DNA of 64,000 bases from Alphaproteobacteria bacterium. GTDB taxonomy: Bacteria > Pseudomonadota > Alphaproteobacteria > MPNO01. The stretch lies in NCBI GenBank assembly GCA_965117055.1, contig OZ220750.1, positions 4,271,977 through 4,335,976 on the forward strand, given 5' to 3'. Positions within the stretch are counted from its first letter, which is position 1, and each line of letters begins with the position of its first letter. The position numbers and the translations under genes were made by a program. Below are positions 50,041-59,873 of the stretch, in pieces. A model generated the notes under the pieces. It saw only the letters and a program-made list of their open reading frames with translations. It searched no databases and was not told the DNA's origin.

Positions 50041-50265
50041 CGACAGACAGCACGCGCGCGCGATGCGCCGCGCGCCCCCTCTGTCTGTGGACCTGAGAGA
50101 ATCACGGAACCCGCCGGTTCCGCTTACCCCTTCGGTGGAACCGCTCCCCTGTGGACGGAGCGGCCCGCTTTCCAGAGACACATCGACCTGCGGTCCGTTT
50201 GCCTGAGAGTTTCCGGGGCCCTTGCTCCTTCGGCGCCGGTCGTGAACCGGACTCTCCCGCAGGCG
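50041..50265 (-). promoter_or_regulatory. Tandem glycine riboswitch (two aptamers plus expression-platform hairpin) in the gcvT leader
   Basis: On the minus-strand transcript, aptamer 1 reads CUGCGGGAGAGUCC...CGCCGAAGGAGCAA...CUCAGGCAAACGGACCGCAGG and aptamer 2 reads CUCUGGAAAG...ACCGAAGGGGUAA...CUCAGGUCCACAGACAG. A GC hairpin follows (ACAGACAGAGGGGGCGCGCG...CGCGCGCGUGCUGUCUGU) directly before GGAGG-N5-AUG of gcvT. Confidence 0.8.
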
Positions 50266-50332
50266 TCTTCTGTGTAGCGCAGCGTCCGGCCCGAGCCGGA
50301 CAGGTTTTATCTAATGAGCCGGCAAATCCGCG

Positions 50333-50902
50333 TCAACCGCCGGCACGGCCGCCGGACCGGTTGAACTCAAGCTGGCCGCGATCCAGTTGAAAGCCGATGA
50401 AGAGGTTGAAGTCGCTCGCGTTCCGCCCTTCCGCGATCGGTATCCCGACGGAGATTTCGTCGCGATAGACCACCCGGTTGACGCCGCTCTCGAATTCCAT
50501 CTCGATGGGGAAGACCCGCTTGCCGCGCGGCGCCGGATGAAACTCGGGAATCGCGACGAAATAGGCGAAACGCCCCTTGCCGCCGCGGCTTGCCGGACCG
50601 CGCTCGATCAGGAAGTCCAGCACGAGATCGAGCTCGACCGCGTCCTTCTCGACATTGCACTCGCCCTCGAAATTGACGAGCCGCCCCCTGAGCACGACGT
50701 CGGTCACGTCCCGCCCGGCTCCGTCGGCAAACTCGGTCAGCCTGTCGGCATATTCGAGAATCTGGACCTGCGGACAGATCCGTTGGGCGAACCTCTCCTC
50801 GCCGCCGCAGCCATACGCCAGCAACGATATCGCGGCCGCGGCCGCCGCAACGGCCGATCTTCGCCGGATGGGCAAGGAAGAATGGCCTCTCGGACGCGCC
50901 AT
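50333..50902 (-). CDS. Hypothetical secreted protein / possible lipoprotein
   Basis: 189 aa with an N-terminal Arg-rich region, a hydrophobic stretch AVAAAAAAISLLAYGCGG with a Cys that could be lipidated, and no recognisable catalytic motif. Confidence 0.5.
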   Translation of the reverse strand: MARPRGHSSLPIRRRSAVAAAAAAISLLAYGCGGEERFAQRICPQVQILEYADRLTEFADGAGRDVTDVVLRGRLVNFEGECNVEKDAVELDLVLDFLIERGPASRGGKGRFAYFVAIPEFHPAPRGKRVFPIEMEFESGVNRVVYRDEISVGIPIAEGRNASDFNLFIGFQLDRGQLEFNRSGGRAGG

Positions 50903-50908
50903 TCCGTC

Positions 50909-51148
50909 CTAGAGGTCGTTGTGGGTGCCGTCGCAGACCGGCTGGTTGGACGTGCTCTTGCAGCCGCAGAACCAGATCGTGCGGTCCGCCTTCGCCTCGT
51001 ACTGCATGGGCGCGAGGCCGGTGCCCTTGTGAGAGCCGTCGCAGAACGGCTGGGACTGGCTCCGCCCGCAGGCGCACCACCAATATTCGTTGCCCGCCTC
51101 GACCTCGATGCCGTAGGGCTCCTTCTGCGCGATAACCGGTTCCGCCAT
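50909..51148 (-). CDS. CDGSH iron-sulfur domain protein with two CDGSH motifs
   Basis: Start MAEPVIAQKEPYGIEVE. Two motifs, CACGRSQSQPFCDGSH and CGCKSTSNQPVCDGTH; 79 aa. Confidence 0.8.
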   Translation of the reverse strand: MAEPVIAQKEPYGIEVEAGNEYWWCACGRSQSQPFCDGSHKGTGLAPMQYEAKADRTIWFCGCKSTSNQPVCDGTHNDL

Positions 51149-51249
51149 GCCAAGGTTCCTATCCGAATGACGCTGTGGTATCTGATGTGGCACTCTAGTG
51201 TTCCGCCCCCCCATCCTCAAGGCACGGATCGGGACGGAGTCAGGGGTCG

Positions 51250-52194
51250 ATGAAAAAGCCTCCGCTGAGAATTCTCCTCGCCGGGCCGCGCGGCTTTTGC
51301 GCGGGCGTGGACCGCGCGATCAGGATCGTCGAGCTGTCCCTCGAGAAATACGGCGCGCCGGTCTATGTGCGCCACGAGATCGTCCATAACCGTTTCGTGG
51401 TCGAGGCGCTCGAAGAAAAGGGCGCGGTATTCGTGGAGGAGCTGGAGGAAGTTCCGAACGGCGTTCCGGTCGTATTCAGCGCCCACGGAGTCGCACGGGC
51501 GGTTTTCTCGGAGGCGAACGAGCGCGAGCTGTTCTATCTCGACGCCACCTGTCCGCTGGTCACCAAGGTCCATGTCGATGCGCGCCGTCACGAGACCGAG
51601 GGCCGCCAGGTCATCCTGATCGGCCATGCCGGCCATCCGGAAGTAATCGGCACGATGGGCCAGCTCCCCGAGGGCAGGATGATCCTGGTGGAAACCGTCG
51701 AGCAGGCGCGGACCGTCGAGGTGGCCGACGCGGAGCGGCTTTCCTTCGTCACCCAGACCACCCTGTCGGTCGACGAGACCGAAGCGATCGTCGAGGTTCT
51801 GAAGCAGCGCTTTCCCGCCATCGAGCCGCCGCGCAAGGAAGACATCTGCTATGCCACCACCAACCGGCAGGCGGCGGTCAAGGCGATCGCGCGGCGCTGC
51901 GACGCGCTCGCCGTGATCGGCGCGCCCTATTCGTCCAACTCCAAGCGCCTCGCCGAGGTCGCCGGGGACGCCGGTTGCGAGAAGGCGATCCTGATCCAGC
52001 GCGCCCGGGAAATCGATCCCGCCTGGCTGGACGGCGTGGCAACGCTCGGCCTGACCGCGGGCGCGTCGGCGCCGGAGATCCTGGTTCAGGAACTGATCGA
52101 TTATTGCCGGACGCTGTTCGACGTGACGGTGGAAGAGGTCTCGCTGATCGAGGAGTCGGTCGAATTCAGCCTGCCGCGGGCGCTTACGGCCTGA
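51250..52194 (+). CDS. ispH: 4-hydroxy-3-methylbut-2-enyl diphosphate reductase
   Basis: 314 aa [24 protein letters not shown]...; the three conserved Cys and HNRFVV are present. Confidence 0.93.
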   Translation: MKKPPLRILLAGPRGFCAGVDRAIRIVELSLEKYGAPVYVRHEIVHNRFVVEALEEKGAVFVEELEEVPNGVPVVFSAHGVARAVFSEANERELFYLDATCPLVTKVHVDARRHETEGRQVILIGHAGHPEVIGTMGQLPEGRMILVETVEQARTVEVADAERLSFVTQTTLSVDETEAIVEVLKQRFPAIEPPRKEDICYATTNRQAAVKAIARRCDALAVIGAPYSSNSKRLAEVAGDAGCEKAILIQRAREIDPAWLDGVATLGLTAGASAPEILVQELIDYCRTLFDVTVEEVSLIEESVEFSLPRALTA

Positions 52195-52213
52195 CCCGGC
52201 GGCCGACGCCGAG

Positions 52214-53179
52214 ATGGCGGTTTACACCGATGTTCCCGACGACGCGCTCGAAGCGTTCGTGAACGCCTACGACATCGGCGGCATTCTCTCGTGCAAGGGA
52301 ATAGCGGAGGGAATCGAGAACTCGAACTACCTGCTCCAGACCGAGCAGGGGGTATTCATCCTCACCCTCTACGAGCGCCGGGTAGCGCCGGAAGACCTGC
52401 CTTTCTTTCTCGGCCTGATGGACCACCTCGCGGCGCGCGGCATCGCCTGTCCGACCCCGGTGCCGGGGCGCGACGGCAAGGCGCTGCGCGAACTCTGCGG
52501 GCGGCCCGCCGCCATCGTCACCTTCCTCAACGGGATGTGCGTGCGCCGGATCACGCCCGAGCATTGCGCCGCGCTGGGCCGCGCGGTCGCCGAGATGCAC
52601 CGCGCCGGGGAGGATTTTTCCGCGCGGCGGGAGAACGCGCTCGGCCCGGCCGGCTGGGGACCGCTGTTCGCGACCTGCCGGGATTCAGCGGACGGGATCG
52701 CTCCCGGGCTCGACCGGGAAATCGACGACGAGCTGAGTTTTGTCGATACGCATTGGCCCGCCGGCGCCGCGAGCGGCGTGATCCACGCCGATCTCTTCCC
52801 GGACAACGTGTTCTTCCTCGGCGACAGGCTGTCCGGGATCATCGACTTCTACTTCGCCTGCAACGACCTCTACGCGTATGAGCTCGCGATCTGTCTCAAC
52901 GCGTGGTGCTTCGAAGCGGATCTCAGCTTCAACGTCACCAAGGCGCGCCGCATGATCGCGGGGTACCGCTCGGTGCGGGAGCTGGACGGGGAGGAAATCG
53001 CGTCCCTTCCGGTGCTGGCGCGCGGCGCGGCGCTTCGATTCCTCCTGACCCGGCTCCACGACGCCGTCTTTCCGCCGGAAGGGGTGCTGGTGCGCCAGAA
53101 GGACCCCCTCGAATACCTCTACAAGCTGCGCTTTCACCAGAAGGTGGAGGAGCCGGGAGCCTACGGATTCGACATATGA
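52214..53179 (+). CDS. thrB: Homoserine kinase, type II (protein-kinase-like / APH fold)
   Basis: 321 aa. [18 protein letters not shown] and [14 protein letters not shown] motifs; typical alphaproteobacterial ThrB. Confidence 0.85.
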   Translation: MAVYTDVPDDALEAFVNAYDIGGILSCKGIAEGIENSNYLLQTEQGVFILTLYERRVAPEDLPFFLGLMDHLAARGIACPTPVPGRDGKALRELCGRPAAIVTFLNGMCVRRITPEHCAALGRAVAEMHRAGEDFSARRENALGPAGWGPLFATCRDSADGIAPGLDREIDDELSFVDTHWPAGAASGVIHADLFPDNVFFLGDRLSGIIDFYFACNDLYAYELAICLNAWCFEADLSFNVTKARRMIAGYRSVRELDGEEIASLPVLARGAALRFLLTRLHDAVFPPEGVLVRQKDPLEYLYKLRFHQKVEEPGAYGFDI

Positions 53180-53622
53180 ACCCTGTCGACATCTTCACTG
53201 ACGGCGCGTGCAGCGGGAATCCCGGACCCGGCGGCTGGGGCGTTCTTCTGCGCTACCGCGCGACCGAGAAGGAGATGTTCGGAGGCGAGGACGCGACGAC
53301 CAACAACCGGATGGAGCTGATGGCCGCGATCAAGGCGTTGGAGGCTCTCAAGCGCCCGACCAAAGTGCGGCTGCATACCGACAGCACCTACCTCAAGGAC
53401 GGCATCACGCGCTGGATATCGGGGTGGAAATCCAACGGATGGAAGACCGCGGCGAAGAAGCCGGTCAAGAACGTCGATCTCTGGGAGCGCCTCGATGCGC
53501 TCGCCGCCGGGCACGAGATCGAGTGGCGCTGGGTGAAAGGCCATGCCGGTCACCCGGACAACGAACGCGCCGACGGCCTGGCGCGCAAGGGCCTCGCGCG
53601 GACGCGCGAGGCCGATGCGTAA
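53176..53622 (+). CDS. rnhA: Ribonuclease HI
   Basis: [27 protein letters not shown]...TNNRMEL...; the start overlaps the thrB stop (ATGA). Confidence 0.93.
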   Translation: MNPVDIFTDGACSGNPGPGGWGVLLRYRATEKEMFGGEDATTNNRMELMAAIKALEALKRPTKVRLHTDSTYLKDGITRWISGWKSNGWKTAAKKPVKNVDLWERLDALAAGHEIEWRWVKGHAGHPDNERADGLARKGLARTREADA

Positions 53623-53637
53623 CCGCGTCTTCCGGGA

Positions 53638-54120
53638 TCAGAGCTGGCTAAGGATCGTGCCGGCGTCGCTGACCTCGTATCCGCCGCCCTCCTCGAGATT
53701 GAGCTGGGTCACGGTGCCGTCGTCGACGATCATCGAATAGCGCCGCGACCGGACCCCGAGCCCGCGGCCGACGAGGTCGAGCTCGACGTCGAGCGCCCTC
53801 GCGAAATCGGCGCTGCCGTCCGCCAGCATCTGCACCTTGTCGCCGACATTCTGGCTCTTGCCCCACGCATCCATGACGAACACGTCGTTGACGGCCACGC
53901 AGGCGATGGTGTCGACACCCTTGGCCCTGATCGCGTCGGCCTGCTCGACGAAGCTCGGCAGGTGCTTGGCCGAACAGGTCGGGGTGAACGCTCCCGGAAC
54001 CGCGAAGAGCACGACCTTCTTGCCGGAGAACAACTCGTCGGTCTCGACCGCCCCGGGACCGTCCGCGCCCATCGCGGTCAGGGTTGCGGAAGGAATCTTG
54101 TCGCCGACCTTGATTGTCAT
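53638..54120 (-). CDS. Peroxiredoxin (Prx5-type thiol peroxidase)
   Basis: 160 aa MTIKVGDKIPSATLT...VVLFAVPGAFTPTCSAKHLP, matching the Prx5/PrxD active-site motif. Confidence 0.88.
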   Translation of the reverse strand: MTIKVGDKIPSATLTAMGADGPGAVETDELFSGKKVVLFAVPGAFTPTCSAKHLPSFVEQADAIRAKGVDTIACVAVNDVFVMDAWGKSQNVGDKVQMLADGSADFARALDVELDLVGRGLGVRSRRYSMIVDDGTVTQLNLEEGGGYEVSDAGTILSQL

Positions 54121-54202
54121 GTCATGCCCTCGCTGGTTTCGATCACGGTGACATAGGCGAAAGGCTGCCGCTTGTCACCCTGCCCGGCCGCACTTTCCGG
54201 GT

Positions 54203-56344
54203 TCAGCGTTCGGCGATCCGGGGAGCTGCGCCGCCGGCTCTCTCTATCGCGTCGAGCACGATCGCCTCGGTGAGGAGTTCGGGGAGCGCCTCGCCGTTCG
54301 GCCGCGCCGGCCCGTAAACCGCGTTGAACGGTATGCCGAAGCGTCCGAACGACTTGAGATAGGCGCCGATCTCGTCGCTCGGCCGGGTCCAGTCGCCGAC
54401 CATCGCCACCACGCCGTCCCCCGCGAGCCGGCTGCGAACCGGATCGTTGTTGAGCACCAGCGCCTTGTTGACCTGGCACGTGATGCACCAGTCGGCGGTG
54501 ACGTCGACGAAAACCACCGCGCCCGACGCGACCGCCGAGGCGATCGCTTCGCGGTTCAACGGCGTCCAGTGCGCCTCGGCGGTCCTCGCGCCGCCCGCCC
54601 CGGTGCCCGACCAGACCGCGATCGCCAGCGCGGCCGCGCCCGCGACTCCGGTCAGGCCGCGTCCGAGCCCCGCCGTCCGCCCGGCCCCGGGTCTGGCGAA
54701 GACGAGCCCGAGGAGCAGAACGGCCAGCGCCGCGCCGACCGCAACCGCGGGCCAGGTTCCCAGCTGCACCGCGAGCACCGTCACCAGCCAGACCGCGGTG
54801 CCGAGGAGAAGGACCGCGAGACCCCGGCGGAGGGTGATCATCCACGGCCCGGGGCGCGGCATCCGTGTCGCGATCCCGGGGAAAGCGGCGCCGGCCAGAT
54901 AGGGCAGCGCCAGCCCGATTCCAAGGCACAGGAACACGGCATAGATCTCGATACTGCCGCGGGACAGCGCGAAGCTGACCGCCGTGCCGAGGAACGGGGC
55001 CGAACAGGGAGTCGCCAGCAGCGTCGCGAAAACGCCGGTGAGGAAGTGGCCCGCGACGCCGTGGGACTTCCCGCCGCTCGCCCCGACGGCGATGTCCGAT
55101 ACCGCGCCGGGCAGCCGGATCTCGAACAGGCCGAAGAGGTTGGCGGAAAACAGGGTAACGACGATCGCCATGAAGGCGAGGAATACCGGCTGCTGGAACT
55201 GGATTCCCCAGCCCACGGTCTCGCCGGCGAGGCGGAGCCCGGCGACCCCGGTCGCCAGCGCCAGGAACGAGACCAGGATCCCCGCCGCGGAAGCGAGAAA
55301 GCCCGTTCTCACTTCTCCCCGGTCTCCGCCGCCATGCCCCATCGCGGAAACCAGCTTCAGCGACAGGACCGGGAGCACGCAGGGCATCAGGTTGAGGATC
55401 AACCCGCCGGCGATCGCGAGCAGGAGCACCAGCCACAGGCCCATGTCCATCGACTGGCCCGGCGCCGGAGAAGCGGTTTGCGCGGCCGAAGGCGTCAGCG
55501 CCTGCTCGGATGCGCGGACGCCGTCGACCACGGTAAACCGGATCTCCCGCCCGGCCAGACTTCCGCCTTCCCTGGGCGGGGCCAGGGCGGCGATGCGGGC
55601 GAACGCGGTCTTGCCGTCGTCACCGATCCGGTAGTCGGGCGCGCCGAAGGCCCAGCCTTCCGGTCCCTCGACATAGATATCGGGCCGCGACAAAGGTGCA
55701 TCGGCGGCGAGGGTGACCTCGAGCGCCTGGGTAACCTCTCCGCCCACGGCCGCCGCGGACGCGACGCGGATGGGGCGGCCGGCATCGCTGCGCGGGACCA
55801 GCGCGGCATATCGTTCGATCAGACCCGCCTCCACCGAGCTCGCCGCCGCCCCTCGCGGCAGACGAAGCGCGAGGTCCGCGACATAGGGCACGCAAACGTC
55901 GTCGCAGGTCAGGTAGGGGATTTTGGCCCGGAGACTCAGCGCCCTGCCGGCGTCGGTTGCCGTCGCATTCACCGGCAGCACCACCTCGTCGCGATAGCCC
56001 AGGGTCTCGAGACCGATCACCGAGAATCGCTCCGGCGCCGGCCAGGAAAGCACCGCGCGGCCGAGATTGTCGGAGCCCGACCAGTCCGGCTGCGGCGGGA
56101 ACCCGGCGTCGCCCGGCGACCGCCAGTAGATCTTCCAACCCGGGTTCATACGGAAATGGATGCCGAGGCGCAGCGTCCCGCCGTCGCCGACGGCATTCGA
56201 CGCGGCGACCAGGCGGACGGCGCCGTGCTCGTTGGTCCACCACTGGGAGGCCGCCGCGCGCGCTTCTCCCGGATACGCGGCCCACAGCGCGAGCACGGCG
56301 AGACCGAGAAATGCGGCCAGACGGGATGTCGAATCGCGAATCAC
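54203..56344 (-). CDS. dsbD: Thiol:disulfide interchange protein DsbD
   Basis: 713 aa with a signal peptide, an N-terminal DsbD-alpha domain with a CVPY-type motif (DDVCVPY), a central multi-TM core and a C-terminal thioredoxin motif WCITCQ. Confidence 0.85.
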   Translation of the reverse strand: MIRDSTSRLAAFLGLAVLALWAAYPGEARAAASQWWTNEHGAVRLVAASNAVGDGGTLRLGIHFRMNPGWKIYWRSPGDAGFPPQPDWSGSDNLGRAVLSWPAPERFSVIGLETLGYRDEVVLPVNATATDAGRALSLRAKIPYLTCDDVCVPYVADLALRLPRGAAASSVEAGLIERYAALVPRSDAGRPIRVASAAAVGGEVTQALEVTLAADAPLSRPDIYVEGPEGWAFGAPDYRIGDDGKTAFARIAALAPPREGGSLAGREIRFTVVDGVRASEQALTPSAAQTASPAPGQSMDMGLWLVLLLAIAGGLILNLMPCVLPVLSLKLVSAMGHGGGDRGEVRTGFLASAAGILVSFLALATGVAGLRLAGETVGWGIQFQQPVFLAFMAIVVTLFSANLFGLFEIRLPGAVSDIAVGASGGKSHGVAGHFLTGVFATLLATPCSAPFLGTAVSFALSRGSIEIYAVFLCLGIGLALPYLAGAAFPGIATRMPRPGPWMITLRRGLAVLLLGTAVWLVTVLAVQLGTWPAVAVGAALAVLLLGLVFARPGAGRTAGLGRGLTGVAGAAALAIAVWSGTGAGGARTAEAHWTPLNREAIASAVASGAVVFVDVTADWCITCQVNKALVLNNDPVRSRLAGDGVVAMVGDWTRPSDEIGAYLKSFGRFGIPFNAVYGPARPNGEALPELLTEAIVLDAIERAGGAAPRIAER

Positions 56345-56523
56345 GACGGATGCACCATTATCGCTCTTGCCGATCCTGGGCTATACTCCGACCGACGGCC
56401 GGTGCGGCATCGGTACCGGATATATAGATCGGCGATGCGCGGCGGGAATTCAAATTGTTGCGCGCGTCCGGTTTTTCCGGCGCCCGTTCGGTCCGCGGTT
56501 CGGTCCTGTCGGGAGGGCTTGAG

Positions 56524-57099
56524 ATGAGTGCCGAGGACGAAAGCCAGGGCTATCTGACGGGCCAGCTTCTGGTGGCGATGCCCCAGATGGAGGATTCTCG
56601 CTTCGTCAGGTCGGTGATCTATCTCTGCGCCCATACCGCCGAGGGCGCGATGGGTCTGGTGGTCAACAAGCTGATGGACAATATCAGCTTCCCCGACCTG
56701 CTCGACCAGCTCAACCTGACCGGGTCGGACGCGCCGGACGGCATCAAGGTCCATTTCGGCGGTCCGGTCGAGACCGGCCGGGGCTTCGTCCTGCATTCCG
56801 CCGACTACGTACAGGACGCGACGCTGGTGATCGACGACACCGTAGCGCTGACGGCGACGATCGACATTCTGAAGGCGATCGCCACCGGCAAGGGACCGAA
56901 ACACAGCCTGCTCGCGCTCGGCTATGCCGGATGGGGGCCGGGGCAGCTCGACGACGAAATACAGCGGAACGGCTGGCTCTCCGTGCCCGCCGACGACGGT
57001 CTCATATTCGGCGGGGGGCTGGACGAACGGTGGGAACGCGCCATCGCGAAGCTCGGCATCAACGCCAGCATGCTCTCGGGCGCCGCCGGCCGCGCCTGA
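56524..57099 (+). CDS. YqgE/AlgH family protein (UPF0301)
   Basis: Start [37 protein letters not shown]...; matches the YqgE family. Confidence 0.85.
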   Translation: MSAEDESQGYLTGQLLVAMPQMEDSRFVRSVIYLCAHTAEGAMGLVVNKLMDNISFPDLLDQLNLTGSDAPDGIKVHFGGPVETGRGFVLHSADYVQDATLVIDDTVALTATIDILKAIATGKGPKHSLLALGYAGWGPGQLDDEIQRNGWLSVPADDGLIFGGGLDERWERAIAKLGINASMLSGAAGRA

Positions 57100-57108
57100 C
57101 ACGCGGCG

Positions 57109-58365
57109 TCAGGACAGCGACGAAGCGATCTCTTCGTAAGGCGGTATCGCGGCCTCCGGGCCGAGGGTCGAGACCGTCGGCCGGCCGGCCCTCAGGCGTT
57201 CCGAAATTCGGGCGATCGCGTCGCGGTCGACCGCGTCCACCGCATCGGTGATCTCCTTCGTCGGCAGCACGCGGCCGAAGATCAGCGTATGCCGCGCGAT
57301 CTGTTCCGTCCGCGCGGCGGTGCTCTCCAGCGACATCAGGATTCCCGCCTTGAGCTGAGCCCGGGCGCGCGCGATCTCCCGGTCGTCGGCGTCGTCCGCC
57401 ATCGTCTTCAGATTGACGCAGATGCGTTCGACCACCTCGGTCGCGCTTTCCGCGCCGGTCCCCGCGTAGATGCCGAACAGCCCGCTGTCGGCATAGCTCG
57501 AGTTGAAGCTGTAGATCGAATAGACCAGCCCGCGCTCCTCGCGGATGTCCTGAAACAGGCGCGAGGACAGGCCGCCGCCCAGCGCCGCCGAGAACACCGC
57601 CAGCGCGTAGTAGTCCGCATCCCGGTGCGCGATGCCCTCCAGCCCCAGCACGAGGTGCAACTGTTCGAGCGTCCGGACTTCGCGGCCGTCCCCGCCCGCA
57701 TAGATAGCGGGCTCCGGCGCGGCCGCCGGGGCGCCTCGCAGCCCGGCGAACGCATGCTCGACGTTGCGGGCGAAGTCGTCGTGGTCGAGCTTTCCCGCCG
57801 CCGCGACCACGATCCGGTCGGCCGTGTAATGGCGGGCGATGTAGTCGACCAGCGCGGTGCGTTCGATCGTCCCCACCAATTGCGGCGTGCCCAGCGTCGG
57901 GCGGCCGACCGGCTGGTCGGGGAAGGCGGTCGCCTGGAAACGGTCGAACACGACGTCTTCCGGCGTGTCGTTGCTCTGGCCGATCTCGCGCAGGATCACC
58001 GCCCGTTCGCGCTCCAGCTCTTCGGTATCCAGAACGGCGTGCTGCATGATGTCCGCGACGATGTCGAGCGCGAGACCTTCGTCGCCGGCCAACACGGTGG
58101 CGTGAAAGGCGGTGACCTCGCGCGATGTGTAGGCGTTCAGATGCCCGCCGACCGATTCGATCTCTTCGGCGATCGCGCGGGCCGAGCGCCGGCGGGTGCC
58201 CTTGAACGCCATGTGCTCGACCATGTGGGCGATGCCGTTGACGTCGGCGCGTTCGTGCCGGGTGCCGACACCGATCCAGGCGCCGAGGGACACCGTCTCG
58301 ACAGATTCCATGCGGTGCGTGACGACACGGAGCCCGCTCGGAAGACGCGTCGACCGGACGGTCAT
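57109..58365 (-). CDS. M16-family zinc metallopeptidase (pitrilysin-like processing peptidase)
   Basis: 418 aa with the inverted zinc motif HMVEH and downstream Glu; start overlaps the thrC stop. Confidence 0.85.
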   Translation of the reverse strand: MTVRSTRLPSGLRVVTHRMESVETVSLGAWIGVGTRHERADVNGIAHMVEHMAFKGTRRRSARAIAEEIESVGGHLNAYTSREVTAFHATVLAGDEGLALDIVADIMQHAVLDTEELERERAVILREIGQSNDTPEDVVFDRFQATAFPDQPVGRPTLGTPQLVGTIERTALVDYIARHYTADRIVVAAAGKLDHDDFARNVEHAFAGLRGAPAAAPEPAIYAGGDGREVRTLEQLHLVLGLEGIAHRDADYYALAVFSAALGGGLSSRLFQDIREERGLVYSIYSFNSSYADSGLFGIYAGTGAESATEVVERICVNLKTMADDADDREIARARAQLKAGILMSLESTAARTEQIARHTLIFGRVLPTKEITDAVDAVDRDAIARISERLRAGRPTVSTLGPEAAIPPYEEIASSLS

Positions 58366-59768
58366 GCGGCCCCCCTCAGGCCGATCCGCTCGCGCACGAA
58401 GGTCTTGATGGGCGCGGGATCGTTGGCGAAGGATTCGACCCGTTCGGGCAGCTCCATCAGCTTCTCCAGGCGGGGCGGCAGGGACGGCCGGTTGCCGGTC
58501 GCGTCCTCCACGGCGTCCGGGAACTTCGCGGGGTGTGCGGTCGCCAGCGCGATCAGCGGGATGTCGGGGTCTCGTCTTTGCGCCCGCCCAACCCCGTATC
58601 CGACGGCGGTATGGGGATCGAGCAGGACCCGCGAGCGTTGGAAGACCTCGGCGACGGTCCGGCGGGTCTGATCGTCATCGCGCTTTCCGGCCGTGAACAG
58701 GTCCCGGATGCCCGCCATCGCCACCGCCGCCACGGTCATCCTCCCCGACTGGCCGAAGCGTTCCATCGCGCGGCGCACCGCGGCCGGGTCGCGGCGAACG
58801 AAGTCGTAGAGCAGGCGTTCGAAATTGCTCGACACCTGGATATCCATGCTGGGGCTGATCGTCGGCACGACCTCGCCGATCTCCATGGCGCCGGTTTCGA
58901 AGAACCGGGCGAGAATGTCGTTGCGGTTGGTCGCGACGATCAGCCGGTCGATGGTCAGACCCATGCATTTCGCAACGTAGCCCGCGAACACGTTGCCGAA
59001 ATTTCCGGTGGGTACCGAGAACGCAACGGACCTGTGGGGAGCGCCGAGAGCGACCCCGGCGGTCACGTAATAGACCGTCTGCGCGGCGATCCGCGCCCAG
59101 TTGATCGAGTTGACCGCGGTCAGCCGGCAGTCGGCCCGGAAGCGTGCGTCGCCGAACATCGCCTTCACCAGGCCCTGGCAGTCGTCGAAGGTCCCCTGGA
59201 CGGCGATATTGTGGACATTGGCGGCATCGACCGTCGTCATCTGGCGGCGCTGGACTTCCGACACCCGTCCCTCGGGGTGCAGCACGAAGATCTCCATGCC
59301 GGCCCGGTCGCGGCAGGCCTCGATGGCCGCGGAGCCCGTGTCGCCGGACGTGGCCGCGACGATCGTCACCTTCTCGCCGCGCTTCGCGAGAACGTGGTCG
59401 AATAACCGGCCGACGACCTGGAGGGCATAGTCCTTGAAGGCCAGCGTCGGCCCGTGAAACAGCTCCAGCAGCCAATCGTTGGCGTCCAGCTGGATCAGCG
59501 GCGCCACGGCGGGGTGCTCGAAATCCGCATAGGCGGCGGCCGCGATCTCGACGAGCGTTGCCTCGTCGATCTGGGGCGCGGCGAAAGGCGCCATGATACG
59601 GGCCGCGACCTCGCGATAGGGAAGGGCCGCGAACCCGGCGAGCGTTTCGGCGTCGAATTGCGGCCAGGTCTCGGGCAGATAGAGGCCGCCGTCGGGCGCG
59701 AGCCCGCTCAGCAGCACATCCTCGAAATGCAGCGGCGGGGCCTCGCCCCGCGTGCTCACGTACCGCAC
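58362..59768 (-). CDS. thrC: Threonine synthase (GTG start)
   Basis: The conserved N-terminus (V)RYVSTRGEAPPLHFEDVLLSGLAPDGGLYLP follows a GTG with a GGAGAGGG SD. The PLP-binding region FKDYALQ is present. The 1130-aa listed ORF is over-extended. Confidence 0.9.
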   Translation of the reverse strand: MRYVSTRGEAPPLHFEDVLLSGLAPDGGLYLPETWPQFDAETLAGFAALPYREVAARIMAPFAAPQIDEATLVEIAAAAYADFEHPAVAPLIQLDANDWLLELFHGPTLAFKDYALQVVGRLFDHVLAKRGEKVTIVAATSGDTGSAAIEACRDRAGMEIFVLHPEGRVSEVQRRQMTTVDAANVHNIAVQGTFDDCQGLVKAMFGDARFRADCRLTAVNSINWARIAAQTVYYVTAGVALGAPHRSVAFSVPTGNFGNVFAGYVAKCMGLTIDRLIVATNRNDILARFFETGAMEIGEVVPTISPSMDIQVSSNFERLLYDFVRRDPAAVRRAMERFGQSGRMTVAAVAMAGIRDLFTAGKRDDDQTRRTVAEVFQRSRVLLDPHTAVGYGVGRAQRRDPDIPLIALATAHPAKFPDAVEDATGNRPSLPPRLEKLMELPERVESFANDPAPIKTFVRERIGLRGAA

Positions 59769-59873
59769 CTGCCGCCCTCTCCACCCGGTTGAGGGGCATA
59801 TACGCCGCCAGCCGCCCGGGGACAACCGACGCCCCTCGTCATCCCGGTCCGAAATTCCTATGCTCCGGCCCCG

